Source of the DNA: Gemmatimonadaceae bacterium
GTDB taxonomy: Bacteria; Gemmatimonadota; Gemmatimonadetes; Gemmatimonadales; Gemmatimonadaceae
DNA: 64,000 nt
Direction: 5' to 3'
Assembly (NCBI GenBank): GCA_035469245.1
Contig: DATISA010000213.1
Location: forward strand, 2,595-66,594
Positions 18,128-26,966 of this stretch are shown piece by piece; the first letter of the stretch is position 1, and the number at the start of each line of letters is the position of its first letter. The notes under the pieces are model-generated. The model did not search any database, was not told the origin of the DNA, and worked only from the letters and a program-made list of their open reading frames with translations. A program made the position numbers and the translations under genes.

Positions 18128-18128
18128 T

Positions 18129-18842
18129 TTGTCACGAGGAGCATTTTTCGCGGCCGGGCTCGCTGTGTCTACGACCATAGCCTGCGGCCCGCGCGCTCAC
18201 ATTCCGCCCGTCCCAAGTACGATTCCCGACGCGCTGCCGCAGGACGACAGCATCACCCGACTGGCACGAGCACTCGCGCCGTTGTTGTACATCCAGCGTG
18301 ACGAATGGTTCCCGTTGGAGCGCGTGATCGCCGTAGTCCACCCGACCCGGCCGATCATCGCCTACCACCTGCTCTGGCGCGACGACATCCACGGCTCCTG
18401 GATTCCGTTCACCGTCCCAACGGACGAGGAGATTGTATGGGTCGGATACGATAGCACCCAGGCGCCGACTGACATTTGGACGTTTTGGCACGGCGTTCTG
18501 CTCCACGCCGATTGGAGGGGTCGCGGGCAGGTTGGCGTCGACGTCCAATGGGGCAAGCACGGCTCGCTGCCGCACCGGACGATCGAGAGCGATCTGCCAG
18601 GGCTGCGGAAGCTGAACCTCTTTTACGCGTTCACGTGGATCGGTCTCCCTGACATTTGGCTCGGAGACCTGACTCGGCGAGGGCCGTGGTGCTTTTGCCA
18701 CGGCTATCGTCGGTATCGCGACTACTCGCGGCTCCTCCCGCTCGCGACGCGCCTCACCGCCGTGGTTCGCGACGTCGACGCCACTCAGGCCTTGACCGCC
18801 GTTTTTGGCCGGCCGTACTCCCGGAAGCGCGCCTGGCCGTAG
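18129..18842 (+). CDS. Hypothetical lipoprotein
   Basis: TTG start. Signal plus lipobox AAGLAVSTTIAC. Trp-rich mature region. No recognisable family motif. Confidence 0.6.
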   Translation: MSRGAFFAAGLAVSTTIACGPRAHIPPVPSTIPDALPQDDSITRLARALAPLLYIQRDEWFPLERVIAVVHPTRPIIAYHLLWRDDIHGSWIPFTVPTDEEIVWVGYDSTQAPTDIWTFWHGVLLHADWRGRGQVGVDVQWGKHGSLPHRTIESDLPGLRKLNLFYAFTWIGLPDIWLGDLTRRGPWCFCHGYRRYRDYSRLLPLATRLTAVVRDVDATQALTAVFGRPYSRKRAWP

Positions 18843-18848
18843 CCCTTT

Positions 18849-19841
18849 CTATTCCCAGGAGTGAGGCCGCCGCCAGATGCGGCGTCCAAGCCGCCAGTGC
18901 GGTCGGTCGGAGAACTCGCGCCCAGCTGCAAACAACTCGGAGTCGGACAGTAGCTCGAGCATGTCGGTCGCCTTGGCCGAAGCTTCATCGGCCCAATGCA
19001 CGATTTCCGCTTCGGTCGTCATCGGCTGCACCGGACTGCCGAACTCCAACGACCCGTGGTGCGACAGGATCATGTGGTGCAACTCCGCCAGCTGGCCGTC
19101 GCCGCAAATTGGCTCCGGCTGAGACGCGATACGCCGCTCGAGCATCAGGCCTCCCAGCACGACGTGCCCGAGGAGGAGCCCATGCGACGTATATGTGAAT
19201 CCACCAGGGCCGATCTCGTACGCCTCGACCTTCCCGACATCGTGCAGCAGCGCGCCGGTGACGACCAGGTCCACGCTTGCGCGCATCGTCCGGGCGATCT
19301 GTTTGGCGATGTTGGTCACCTCGTAGACGTGGAGCAATAACCCGCCGAGTTTCGCATGGTGTCCCGCGGTGGAGGCCGGAGTCTGCTCGAATTGCGTTCG
19401 AAATGCGTCATCGGCGTAAAACAGATCGAGCACACGGCGCAGTGTGCGTGATTCGACTTCACCGCGCACTCGATCGATCCAGGCCCACAGCTTGACGGCA
19501 TCGCCGTCGATCGACGGCAGGAATTCTTCGGGGCGAAATACTTCGTCGGGAAGAATTCGCACCGGCCCGGTCAGGGAGATCTGCTTCCTCGCGGCTCCCG
19601 TCTTGGAGTAGACCGTCACATCGCCGATCGCCTGTACGACTTTGCCGGACCGCGCGCCGTCCGCCCATTCGAGCTTGTCCGACCAGATTGGCGAGGTTTC
19701 GATTCGCCCGCTGGAGTTGCCCAATGTGAGCACGACGTACGGGTCACCGGCGCTCGTCTTCTTTTCCGCGCGGTCGTAGACGAGCAGTTCCCCGGTCACG
19801 CGCTCGCCGGGTACGAGGCGGGGGATCAGTAGCGGAGGCAT
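18849..19841 (-). CDS. YhaM-like 3'-5' exoribonuclease (N-terminal OB fold + HD domain)
   Basis: OB region ERVTGELLVYDRAEKKTSAGDPYVVLTLGNSSGRI. HD motifs HHAKLGGLLLH, LLHDVGK, ILSHHGSLEFGSP, HWADEASA. Start chosen at MPPLLIP (19841), not the 20210 extension. Confidence 0.8.
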   Translation of the reverse strand: MPPLLIPRLVPGERVTGELLVYDRAEKKTSAGDPYVVLTLGNSSGRIETSPIWSDKLEWADGARSGKVVQAIGDVTVYSKTGAARKQISLTGPVRILPDEVFRPEEFLPSIDGDAVKLWAWIDRVRGEVESRTLRRVLDLFYADDAFRTQFEQTPASTAGHHAKLGGLLLHVYEVTNIAKQIARTMRASVDLVVTGALLHDVGKVEAYEIGPGGFTYTSHGLLLGHVVLGGLMLERRIASQPEPICGDGQLAELHHMILSHHGSLEFGSPVQPMTTEAEIVHWADEASAKATDMLELLSDSELFAAGREFSDRPHWRLGRRIWRRPHSWE

Positions 19842-19929
19842 ACGCGAAGTATCATGCAACCGCGCCTGCCGATGTGTCCAGTTCTTGCTATCTGCGCGAG
19901 ACGTCGACCAACCTCTCGAGGATACGACC

Positions 19930-20304
19930 ATGGCGGCACGAGCAAAGAAGTCGTCGCGATCACGGAGTAAGACGAAAAGCACCCGTGCTGGCGCCACCGC
20001 GTCCGCACGCAAGTCGGGCCGCGGCTCGCGTACGCCGGCCAATGGGCCCGGCGTGAAACGCTCCGCCAGCGCGAAGCATGCTGGCCAGCGCAACGCGAAG
20101 ACCAATACGGCGTCGACACGAAAGGGCACTGCCTCCGTCGCGGCGAAGACCAGGAAGAAACAACCGTCGCGCGGCGACTCACCAATCGCTCGCGTTACCC
20201 GGGTGGCCAAGGAGATCGCGCATCAGGCCACGACGGCTGTCACGGGCGGCGTTGAGGCCATCAAGGAAGCTGGTGAGTCCCTTGTGGATCGCGTGACCGC
20301 TTGA
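19930..20304 (+). CDS. Basic Ser/Thr/Lys/Arg-rich low-complexity protein with a C-terminal amphipathic helix
   Basis: GAGGA lies 7 nt before the ATG at 19930. MAARAKKSSRSRSKTKSTRAG...KTRKKQPSRGDSPIARVTRVAKEIAHQATTAVTGGVEAIKEAGESLVDRVTA. Its 3' end overlaps the convergent hydrolase gene by 44 nt. Confidence 0.5.
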   Translation: MAARAKKSSRSRSKTKSTRAGATASARKSGRGSRTPANGPGVKRSASAKHAGQRNAKTNTASTRKGTASVAAKTRKKQPSRGDSPIARVTRVAKEIAHQATTAVTGGVEAIKEAGESLVDRVTA

Positions 20305-21220
20305 TGCAGTGATCCTGCATCCATGACACGAGCGCTTCGATAACGCGCTCGCGTCCAAAATCGACGGTGATCACATGGGCGGCACCCGAGATCCATTCGA
20401 GCCGCTTTTCGCGCGCGCCCAGCATCGCGAATGCCTGCTCCCCGTCCGAGACGCTGATCCGATTGTCCTGCCGTGATTGAAGCATCAGCGTCGGCGCCTG
20501 TACCCGTGGCAGTGCCGTACGCGCACGTGACACGAGTGCGAAGAGGGCGTGCAGGCCCTTCGCCGTGAACACACCGTAAGCAAGGCTCCGCTCTCGCTCC
20601 ACCGGATCGAGCACGGACAACCCGTCGGCCGAGCGGACGACGGGCATCATCGCGCCCCACAGCCACGACCAGCGTGCCGCACGCTCGATACGGGCGGGCA
20701 TCGCGAGATATGGCGCCACGAGACCGAGCGCCGGCAGATCGCTCGAGTCGGCGGCGAGCAGCACCGCCAATGCACCGCCCATCGAAACCCCGATGATGCC
20801 TACCCACTCGTGATCCGCCCGTAGTCGCGCGTAATCGGATCGCGCCGCGTCGATCAAATCGTTCGCCTTCACCCGTGCGAAGTCGTGCAAACGCCGCCCA
20901 TGTCCCGGCAACAGCGGCGCGGCGACATGGAACCCATGCTCATGCAGGCTGGCGCCCAGATAGCGCAGCGTCTGTGGCGTGTCCCCACCACCATGCAGCA
21001 ACAACACCGCAGGCGCGCCTGCCCTGTGCAGGACGAACCCCTCGCCGCCGATCACCACTCCGTTCGCGCCCAAGCGCCTGTGGCGCATGGAGAAATCGTT
21101 CATTGCACGCGTGTAACGGGCGCGGAGAATCCAGCCCGCCGCGGCGAGCACTAGAAGTGCAACGAGCGGCATAACGTATCGCGGCCAATACGCGGGTCGC
21201 GGCCCTGCCGACTCGCGCAT
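20261..21220 (-). CDS. Alpha/beta hydrolase (esterase/lysophospholipase-like)
   Basis: VLLLHGGGDTPQTL, nucleophile elbow GVSMGGALAV, N-terminal TM segment. The start could be the internal MPLVALL (~21172). Confidence 0.8.
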   Translation of the reverse strand: MRESAGPRPAYWPRYVMPLVALLVLAAAGWILRARYTRAMNDFSMRHRRLGANGVVIGGEGFVLHRAGAPAVLLLHGGGDTPQTLRYLGASLHEHGFHVAAPLLPGHGRRLHDFARVKANDLIDAARSDYARLRADHEWVGIIGVSMGGALAVLLAADSSDLPALGLVAPYLAMPARIERAARWSWLWGAMMPVVRSADGLSVLDPVERERSLAYGVFTAKGLHALFALVSRARTALPRVQAPTLMLQSRQDNRISVSDGEQAFAMLGAREKRLEWISGAAHVITVDFGRERVIEALVSWMQDHCIKRSRDPQGTHQLP

Positions 21221-21312
21221 GCATAAGAGGATTATCGAATGGTGGTTGCGGCACGCAATATAACGTCCACTCGCGCGCCGGTGAGCGAACGCGATACCGA
21301 AGCCCGTACAGA

Positions 21313-22068
21313 CTAGTGGATCGCCTGCTCAGACCCCTCGGTGATACTCGGGAAGGGAAGCTCGTTGTCGAGCGTTGCCCCTTCCAGTCGCTCGGCCAGC
21401 TGCGCCGGCGGCGCGACGATGAGCGTCGTCCCGCGCCGCTCCACCAGACCTTCGCCGGTCAGGCGCCCCAGCACGAGCGATACCGATTCCCGGGTAGCGC
21501 CGACCAACTCGCACAACAGGCGATAGCGCGTGGTGCACAGGACGATCCGTCCATCGTCACGCGTGAAGGTGTCGTTGCCGGCCAGCCGAATCAGCGTCGC
21601 GATCAGGCGCTGCTCGACGCTCAACGTGGTCAGCTCACGCAGTTTGTCCAGGAGCGCCGTGCGCTCCGTCATGAGCTGGTTGACGAGCGCGAGCGCGTGT
21701 TGTGGTTGTTCTCGGACGAACGCTCGGAACCGCGCGGAGCTCAGGAACAGTGTCTCGCTCTCGTCGTCCGCTCGGGCGTCGGTGGCGTAACGCCCGCCCT
21801 GGGTCAGCCCCTCGGAGCCGAACGTCTCACCGGGGACGGCGATCCATGGGACGAATCCGCGCGCGGCGCGCACGCGACTCCGCAACACGACACGCCCGCG
21901 CGAGACGACGAACACGCCGTCTGCCGGACCACCACGTTGGTAGATGGCGAAACCAGCAGGCCATGTCGCGCGCGCCGCGTACATCCCGAGCGCATCTCGT
22001 TCGGCTTCGATGAGCCGAGGCGGCCCCAAACTCGTCTCCCCCACGACCATCCTCACATCCCGCGACAT
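21313..22068 (-). CDS. Crp/Fnr family transcriptional regulator
   Basis: cNMP-binding beta-roll (FAIYQRGGPADGVFVVSRGRVVLRS) and C-terminal HTH (TRESVSLVLGRLTGEGLV). No N-terminal FNR-type Cys cluster. Confidence 0.85.
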   Translation of the reverse strand: MSRDVRMVVGETSLGPPRLIEAERDALGMYAARATWPAGFAIYQRGGPADGVFVVSRGRVVLRSRVRAARGFVPWIAVPGETFGSEGLTQGGRYATDARADDESETLFLSSARFRAFVREQPQHALALVNQLMTERTALLDKLRELTTLSVEQRLIATLIRLAGNDTFTRDDGRIVLCTTRYRLLCELVGATRESVSLVLGRLTGEGLVERRGTTLIVAPPAQLAERLEGATLDNELPFPSITEGSEQAIH

Positions 22069-22171
22069 CGCATGGGACGTGCAATGTCTGGGCCGCTCTT
22101 GACACGCCCTGACTTACGCCATTCGTTGGAGAGTTTGGGCAACAGTCAGTTCTTGTGTCCGCCAGGGTTCG

Positions 22172-23635
22172 TTGACGGAGCCCGACTCCGACCACTCGAT
22201 GACCCACGCCGTGGCAGCCCCAGCGCGTAGCGAATCGGCCGCATCTCAGACCGTCCCGATTGTCATTCTCGGTACGGACTCTTTGCTTGCTGCCGCGCCG
22301 GCGACGCCGGTGCAACTCGCCCACGCGTGCTTGCGCGCCGGATTCGGCAATGTCGTTCCCGCAAGCTGGGGCGACGAGCTCATCGCCGCGGCTGTGCTGC
22401 GCCAACTACCACGCTTCGGCAATGGGCCCGCGATACAATGCAGTTGTCCGATCGTCGCGCACCGATTGCTCACGACCGGCGGCGACCTGCGTCCCGTGAT
22501 GCTCGCGCTCGTGTCACCACCGGTGGCCCTGGCCCGGTACGTTCGGGTGCTGTCACATCCAACGCGCACGCGAATCACTTACGTAGGCGGCTGCCCCGGC
22601 GCCAGCGACGAGTCGATCGACATTCGGATGACTCCCGAAGCACTCATCGCCATGCTGGCCGAGCGGGACATCGCGCTCGAGGAACAGCCTCGCGTATTCG
22701 AGTCGATCATTCCACCCGACCGCCGCCGTTTCCGGTCGCAGCCGGGCGGCGTGCCGACGGCGGAGCGCCTTTGGACCGATGCGGGCGCTCGCGCACTGGT
22801 CGAGGTAGAGAGCGACGATTTCGTCACGGAGATCGCGCAGCAATTGCTCGCGGGCGCGAACGTGCTCGTCGACGCGTCGGCTCGGCTGGGATGTCTGTGC
22901 AGCGGCGCCGTGCTCGGCGTGCCGCCGCAGCAGGCGCGCGAACTGGTCGTAGCGCTCGAACCACCGCGAGCCGCATCGCCTGTCGTCGATGAACAGGCAG
23001 CGATCGATCTCGACCTTCCGCTGCCCGCGGCTCCGCGAACGCCGATCGACGTCGCGGCAGTTCCCGGCGCAGCGCCGCCAGCATTGTTTCCTCCTGTGTC
23101 GAATGGGTCAGCGACATCCGGGCCCCGCATCAGTCCCCCGCGCGACCTCCCGCCGACTCCGGAACCCAAGCCGCCACGGCCCCAGACTCCGAGCGCTGCT
23201 CGTCCTGTGGCGGGAAGCATGCCCGTCGCGCGCGATACGGAAGGCCGGACATTACCGCGCGCTTACGTGGCGCGTCGACGCTCGCCGTCTCCACGCGCGG
23301 TTCCAGTTTCCTCATCACGCACCGAGGCGCCGGCTGAGGCAGAGCCGGTCATCGCGGAGCCGCCCATTGTCGACGAACCGACGCGGAGCGTCGCGGCGAC
23401 GCCTCCGACAGCGCCTGCCGTCGAAGCGCGCGCTCCCGCGGTGCATCATCCGTCCGCGGTGAAACCCTTGGACGTGCAAGCGGCCGGCGGCCTGCAACTA
23501 CGTCACGTCATCTTCTTGCTCGTCGTGCTGGTGGCGATTGCCATCGGCATCAGCGCCGGCGTCGCACTTTTCGTGAACCGTTCACTCAAAACGCCGCCCG
23601 CGTCAGCCGGCCCGGGAACGAACACGCCTCGTTGA
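22172..23635 (+). CDS. [FeFe]-hydrogenase large-subunit C-terminal-domain-like protein with a Pro-rich linker and C-terminal TM anchor
   Basis: Colinear with H-cluster domain landmarks: GFGNVVPASWGDELIAAA, IQCSCPIVAH (cf TSCCPxW), LALVSPPVALAR, YVGGCPGASDE (cf MPCxxKxxE), RLGCLCSGAV (cf MACxxGCxxGG). Then ~190 aa Pro/Ala-rich and the TM helix VIFLLVVLVAIAIGISAGVALFV. TTG start at 22172, alternative ATG at 22199. Confidence 0.6.
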   Translation: MTEPDSDHSMTHAVAAPARSESAASQTVPIVILGTDSLLAAAPATPVQLAHACLRAGFGNVVPASWGDELIAAAVLRQLPRFGNGPAIQCSCPIVAHRLLTTGGDLRPVMLALVSPPVALARYVRVLSHPTRTRITYVGGCPGASDESIDIRMTPEALIAMLAERDIALEEQPRVFESIIPPDRRRFRSQPGGVPTAERLWTDAGARALVEVESDDFVTEIAQQLLAGANVLVDASARLGCLCSGAVLGVPPQQARELVVALEPPRAASPVVDEQAAIDLDLPLPAAPRTPIDVAAVPGAAPPALFPPVSNGSATSGPRISPPRDLPPTPEPKPPRPQTPSAARPVAGSMPVARDTEGRTLPRAYVARRRSPSPRAVPVSSSRTEAPAEAEPVIAEPPIVDEPTRSVAATPPTAPAVEARAPAVHHPSAVKPLDVQAAGGLQLRHVIFLLVVLVAIAIGISAGVALFVNRSLKTPPASAGPGTNTPR

Positions 23636-23655
23636 CCTCGGGTGTCGAGCGCGAC

Positions 23656-25779
23656 TCACGATCCGTGCAGTGCCGCGCGCGCGACGGTCAGCGCTTGCAC
23701 CGCCTGATCGAAGTGATGTGTCAGATCCTCGATCTCGCCCCGCGTCAACGCTTCGTTGCCTGCGCGAATCGCTTCGTTGACGGACGGCAGCGCCATGTTC
23801 GCGTAGCCGTTGTTCTCGTCCGCCACGTAGATGAGGTTCCTGAACCATGGCCGCGTGCGAAGCCCTTCCGGCCTCGTGAACGCTCGCTCGACTTGCATCA
23901 ACGCCTGATTTGTCCGCGCCAAAGCGCCCGTATTGACGGTGCCGGCGAGCGCGGAGTCCCGCGCCGCGGCGAACGCGGCAGCTTCATGCTCGAGGCGATC
24001 GATCGCCCCTTGCAGCGCCGTCGTCGAGATGCTCCAGTGATGGTCGGCGATCGCGCGCTCGACCGGCGCGACGTAGCGGCGCATCGTGCGCGCGAATTCC
24101 GCGTAGTCGTACGGAAGAATGTCGGCGTTGGCGACGCGGAGGACCATTGCCGTCGCGATCCGCGCCGCGGTGGCATGATAGGCGAAGCTGGAATCGCCGA
24201 ACTTCGACATCCAGGCAAAGCTGTCGTATTGCGAGTGGTACACGCCTCCTGCGCCGCCAAAGCCCCATTCGGCGATCGGGATGCCGAGATGGTTGTAGAA
24301 CCCGGCAAAGTCGGACCCGCCACCGGGATCGCCCATTGGCGGCTCAGCGCTGTCCGCGACGGCGCTCGCGCGCCGCCACTCGGCATACACGCTTCCTTTG
24401 CCGTTGGGATCCGGCACCAGCCGCGCAATGTCGCGTAGCGTCGGACGCAAAGCCGGCGACCCGCCTCCGCCGAACCGCGTACCCTGCGCGGCGACGTCCT
24501 GATTCAGGTAGGCGACGGCGCCGCGACGCAGCCGAAGCGAATCCTCTTCGACGAATTCGGTCGAGCCGATGAGGCCCCACTCTTCGGCATCCCACGTCGC
24601 GAATATGATGGTCCGCTTCGGCCGTGCGCCGTTCTTCACCTCCTCCGCGACGGCGCGCGCGGCCTCGAGCACGCTGACAGTGCCGCTCACATTGTCGGCC
24701 GCGCCCGGGCCCCACCCGTCACGGTGCCCACCGACGATCACCAGCTCGTCGGGGAATTCGCTGCCACGAATCACGCCGAATGTGTCGTAGATCGGCTTGA
24801 GCGGCCGTGTGGCTCGATCATCCGTCACGCTCACTCGCGCTCTCACCGGCCCGGGGCCAACGTGGTAATGAAACGACAAGCCGCCTTGCCAGCCGCGCGG
24901 CGCGTTCGCGCCGCGAACGAAACGCAGCAACTCCGCCGCATTTCCATAGCTGATCGGCACGACGGGAATGTGCGGGATCTCCATCTTGTCGGGCGCGAGT
25001 CGCGGCACGCCGGCCGTGCTGCCATAGCCGGGCGTGGACGGATCGCCGTCCACATTCAGAATGCTCCCGCGCTGCACGCCAGCGCTGTTTCGCATCGGAC
25101 CTTCAGGGTACACGTCTCCGACCACGAATCCGTCGTCCTGCGGATCACTGTAGATCAGCAGTCCGATTGCGCCGTGCTTTTCCGCCTCGCGCGCCTTGAT
25201 TCCGCGGAACGATCGTCCGTACCGCGCGATCGCGATCCGGCCTTTCACCGACACGCCCATCGAATCGAGCTGGGCGTAGTCTTCGATCAGGCCATAGTTC
25301 ACGTATACGACCTCACCGGTCGCGTTTCCTTGCCCGCTGTAGCCGTTGACGGTCGGGTACTGTGGCAGGCTCGAAGTTGGATCACCCGGTACGGGCGGCT
25401 CAGCCAGTTTCAGCTCCTGAGGCTGCGGCGACAACCGCGCCACATGCACCGACGTCGGATGCGGCATCCAAACGTCGTACGCGCGCACCTCGGTCTCGAG
25501 CCCCCACCGCTTCAATTGCCCGATCACGTAGTCGCGCGTGCGCGCCTGGGCCGGAGTTCCCGACACATGCGCCTCGCGCGACAGCTGCTTCGAGTGCGCC
25601 GCCGCGGCGATCGGCGACGGTCGCGCTATCGCGCTTGCCTCGACACGCCGCTCATTCGCGCTGTTCGCGGCGCTGTACCCGATGATCGGCTGCTGCGAGC
25701 GAGCGGCGGCAGCGGTCGACATGCATACCGCAACGACAATGTGAATCCGCACGTGGTGTCCCCGAGAGAAGTGCATCAA
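23656..25779 (-). CDS. M28 family peptidase, glutamate carboxypeptidase II/PSMA-like (PA + M28 + transferrin-receptor-like dimerisation domains)
   Basis: ATWDAEEWGLIGSTEFVEE, GGHRDGWGPGAADNVSG, GGVYHSQYDSF, GLLIYSDPQDDG. Signal sequence. Confidence 0.88.
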   Translation of the reverse strand: MMHFSRGHHVRIHIVVAVCMSTAAAARSQQPIIGYSAANSANERRVEASAIARPSPIAAAAHSKQLSREAHVSGTPAQARTRDYVIGQLKRWGLETEVRAYDVWMPHPTSVHVARLSPQPQELKLAEPPVPGDPTSSLPQYPTVNGYSGQGNATGEVVYVNYGLIEDYAQLDSMGVSVKGRIAIARYGRSFRGIKAREAEKHGAIGLLIYSDPQDDGFVVGDVYPEGPMRNSAGVQRGSILNVDGDPSTPGYGSTAGVPRLAPDKMEIPHIPVVPISYGNAAELLRFVRGANAPRGWQGGLSFHYHVGPGPVRARVSVTDDRATRPLKPIYDTFGVIRGSEFPDELVIVGGHRDGWGPGAADNVSGTVSVLEAARAVAEEVKNGARPKRTIIFATWDAEEWGLIGSTEFVEEDSLRLRRGAVAYLNQDVAAQGTRFGGGGSPALRPTLRDIARLVPDPNGKGSVYAEWRRASAVADSAEPPMGDPGGGSDFAGFYNHLGIPIAEWGFGGAGGVYHSQYDSFAWMSKFGDSSFAYHATAARIATAMVLRVANADILPYDYAEFARTMRRYVAPVERAIADHHWSISTTALQGAIDRLEHEAAAFAAARDSALAGTVNTGALARTNQALMQVERAFTRPEGLRTRPWFRNLIYVADENNGYANMALPSVNEAIRAGNEALTRGEIEDLTHHFDQAVQALTVARAALHGS

Positions 25780-25804
25780 ACTATACGCGGTGTTGCTCTC
25801 TGGC

Positions 25805-26419
25805 TCAGTCCTGTTGCTCGAGCGCGTTACGAATGGCGGAGCGAAGCCGCTCCTCGCGTCCGGGCCCGGTGCCGACCGCCTTCGCGATCATTCCGAATTG
25901 TTTCAGCATCTCGCCTTCGACGAAGCTCGAGGCGTCTTTCACCCCCAACCCGTCGATCGCCCGTTCGGCGAGCGCGCGCAACAGCGTTCGCGTCTCGATG
26001 TCGAGCGCGTCGAGCGACGGCGGCGCGGCGGGTAACGTTTCCGCGCCGCGACCACCTTTGCGGCGCGCCGATTCCCACAGCGCCGCTACCGGCGCCAGCT
26101 TCACGATGAACGAGCCTGGCGTATGCTCCTGATGGCCGCTCACCACCCCGCGCCGGCGAAGCACATGCAGCAGTCGAAGCACGGCTTCGCGAACCACCGA
26201 GACTCCGCCCTCACTCTGGTTTCCGCGGCCGGTGATGATCAGCACTTCAGCCGCGCGGTCGACTTGCTGCTGTCGGAGCCATGATTCCGCCCGCGCCACG
26301 GCAGCGTCGGCCGAGGGCAGCGATTCACGAAGATTCAGTGTGCGCTGTGTGCCAAACCGGACCTCGTCGAGCGCATTGCGCAGCCCGTTCAGCCCGATGC
26401 GGCGTCGCGGATGCTTCAT
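25805..26419 (-). CDS. Smr domain-containing protein
   Basis: LNLRESLPSADAAVARAESWL...VLIITGRGNQSEGGVSVVREAVLRLL fits the Smr/MutS2 C-terminal domain pattern. Start chosen at MKHPRRR (26419). Confidence 0.65.
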   Translation of the reverse strand: MKHPRRRIGLNGLRNALDEVRFGTQRTLNLRESLPSADAAVARAESWLRQQQVDRAAEVLIITGRGNQSEGGVSVVREAVLRLLHVLRRRGVVSGHQEHTPGSFIVKLAPVAALWESARRKGGRGAETLPAAPPSLDALDIETRTLLRALAERAIDGLGVKDASSFVEGEMLKQFGMIAKAVGTGPGREERLRSAIRNALEQQD

Positions 26420-26474
26420 GCCGCTGAATCTACCCGCGGATCGGCGGCGCGCTGCGGCCGCTCGCGCCCGACCG

Positions 26475-26966
26475 TCACGCAGCCGCGCGGGCCTCGGCGC
26501 GGAGATTCTTGGCAAAGCAGATCTCGGAGCAGGCAAACCGTCGAATGCACCCGAGGCAGTCGCGGCGGATCTTCTCCGGGTACCGCGCACGGTCGACGCG
26601 CTCATACCCGATTGCGGCAAAGAACCGCGGCTGCAGGGTCAACGCGAACACGTCGTAGATGTCGCGCTTGCAGGCCAGCGCTTCCACCGCGGCGACGATG
26701 GCACGTCCGACGCCGCATCCGTGGGCGTCGCGCGACACGGCGATAGCCGCAATCTCCGCGACCGATGGCGAGTACTCCTTGAGCGCACCGCACGCGACAA
26801 TCCGTCCGCGCGCGTCGACGGCGACGACGTAGTCGTCGATCGTCAGTTCGATGCTCTCCGGAGTTCGGCGCAGCATCAGCGCCTCGTCGGCAAAACCGGC
26901 GATCAGGTCGGCGACGGCCCGCGCATCCTCGGGACGCGCTCTGCGAATCACCACGTTCGCGGTCAC
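26475..26966 (-). CDS. GNAT N-acetyltransferase, probable short-form N-acetylglutamate synthase, with a Cys-rich C-terminal tail
   Basis: GNAT core IAAIAVSRDAHGCGVGRAIVAAVE. Tail CLGCIRRFACSEIC. GTG start shares 1 nt with the argD stop (TAGTG). Last gene of the argC-B-D string. Confidence 0.7.
   Translation of the reverse strand: MTANVVIRRARPEDARAVADLIAGFADEALMLRRTPESIELTIDDYVVAVDARGRIVACGALKEYSPSVAEIAAIAVSRDAHGCGVGRAIVAAVEALACKRDIYDVFALTLQPRFFAAIGYERVDRARYPEKIRRDCLGCIRRFACSEICFAKNLRAEARAAA

Noticed and set aside
18849-20210. Full 453-aa version of the YhaM-like ORF
   Set aside because: The N-terminal 123 aa have no similarity to OB/HD RNases. They overlap a better-supported plus-strand ORF that has an SD. 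The homologous domain starts exactly at the internal ATG at 19841.
22172-23635. Annotating the ORF as a functional [FeFe] hydrogenase
   Set aside because: The H-cluster motifs are only partly retained (CxC instead of CxxxC; L1 and L2 altered). There are no F-cluster domains and no HydE, HydF or HydG genes in the window. The C-terminus is a Pro-rich linker and a membrane anchor. I call it hydrogenase-like only.
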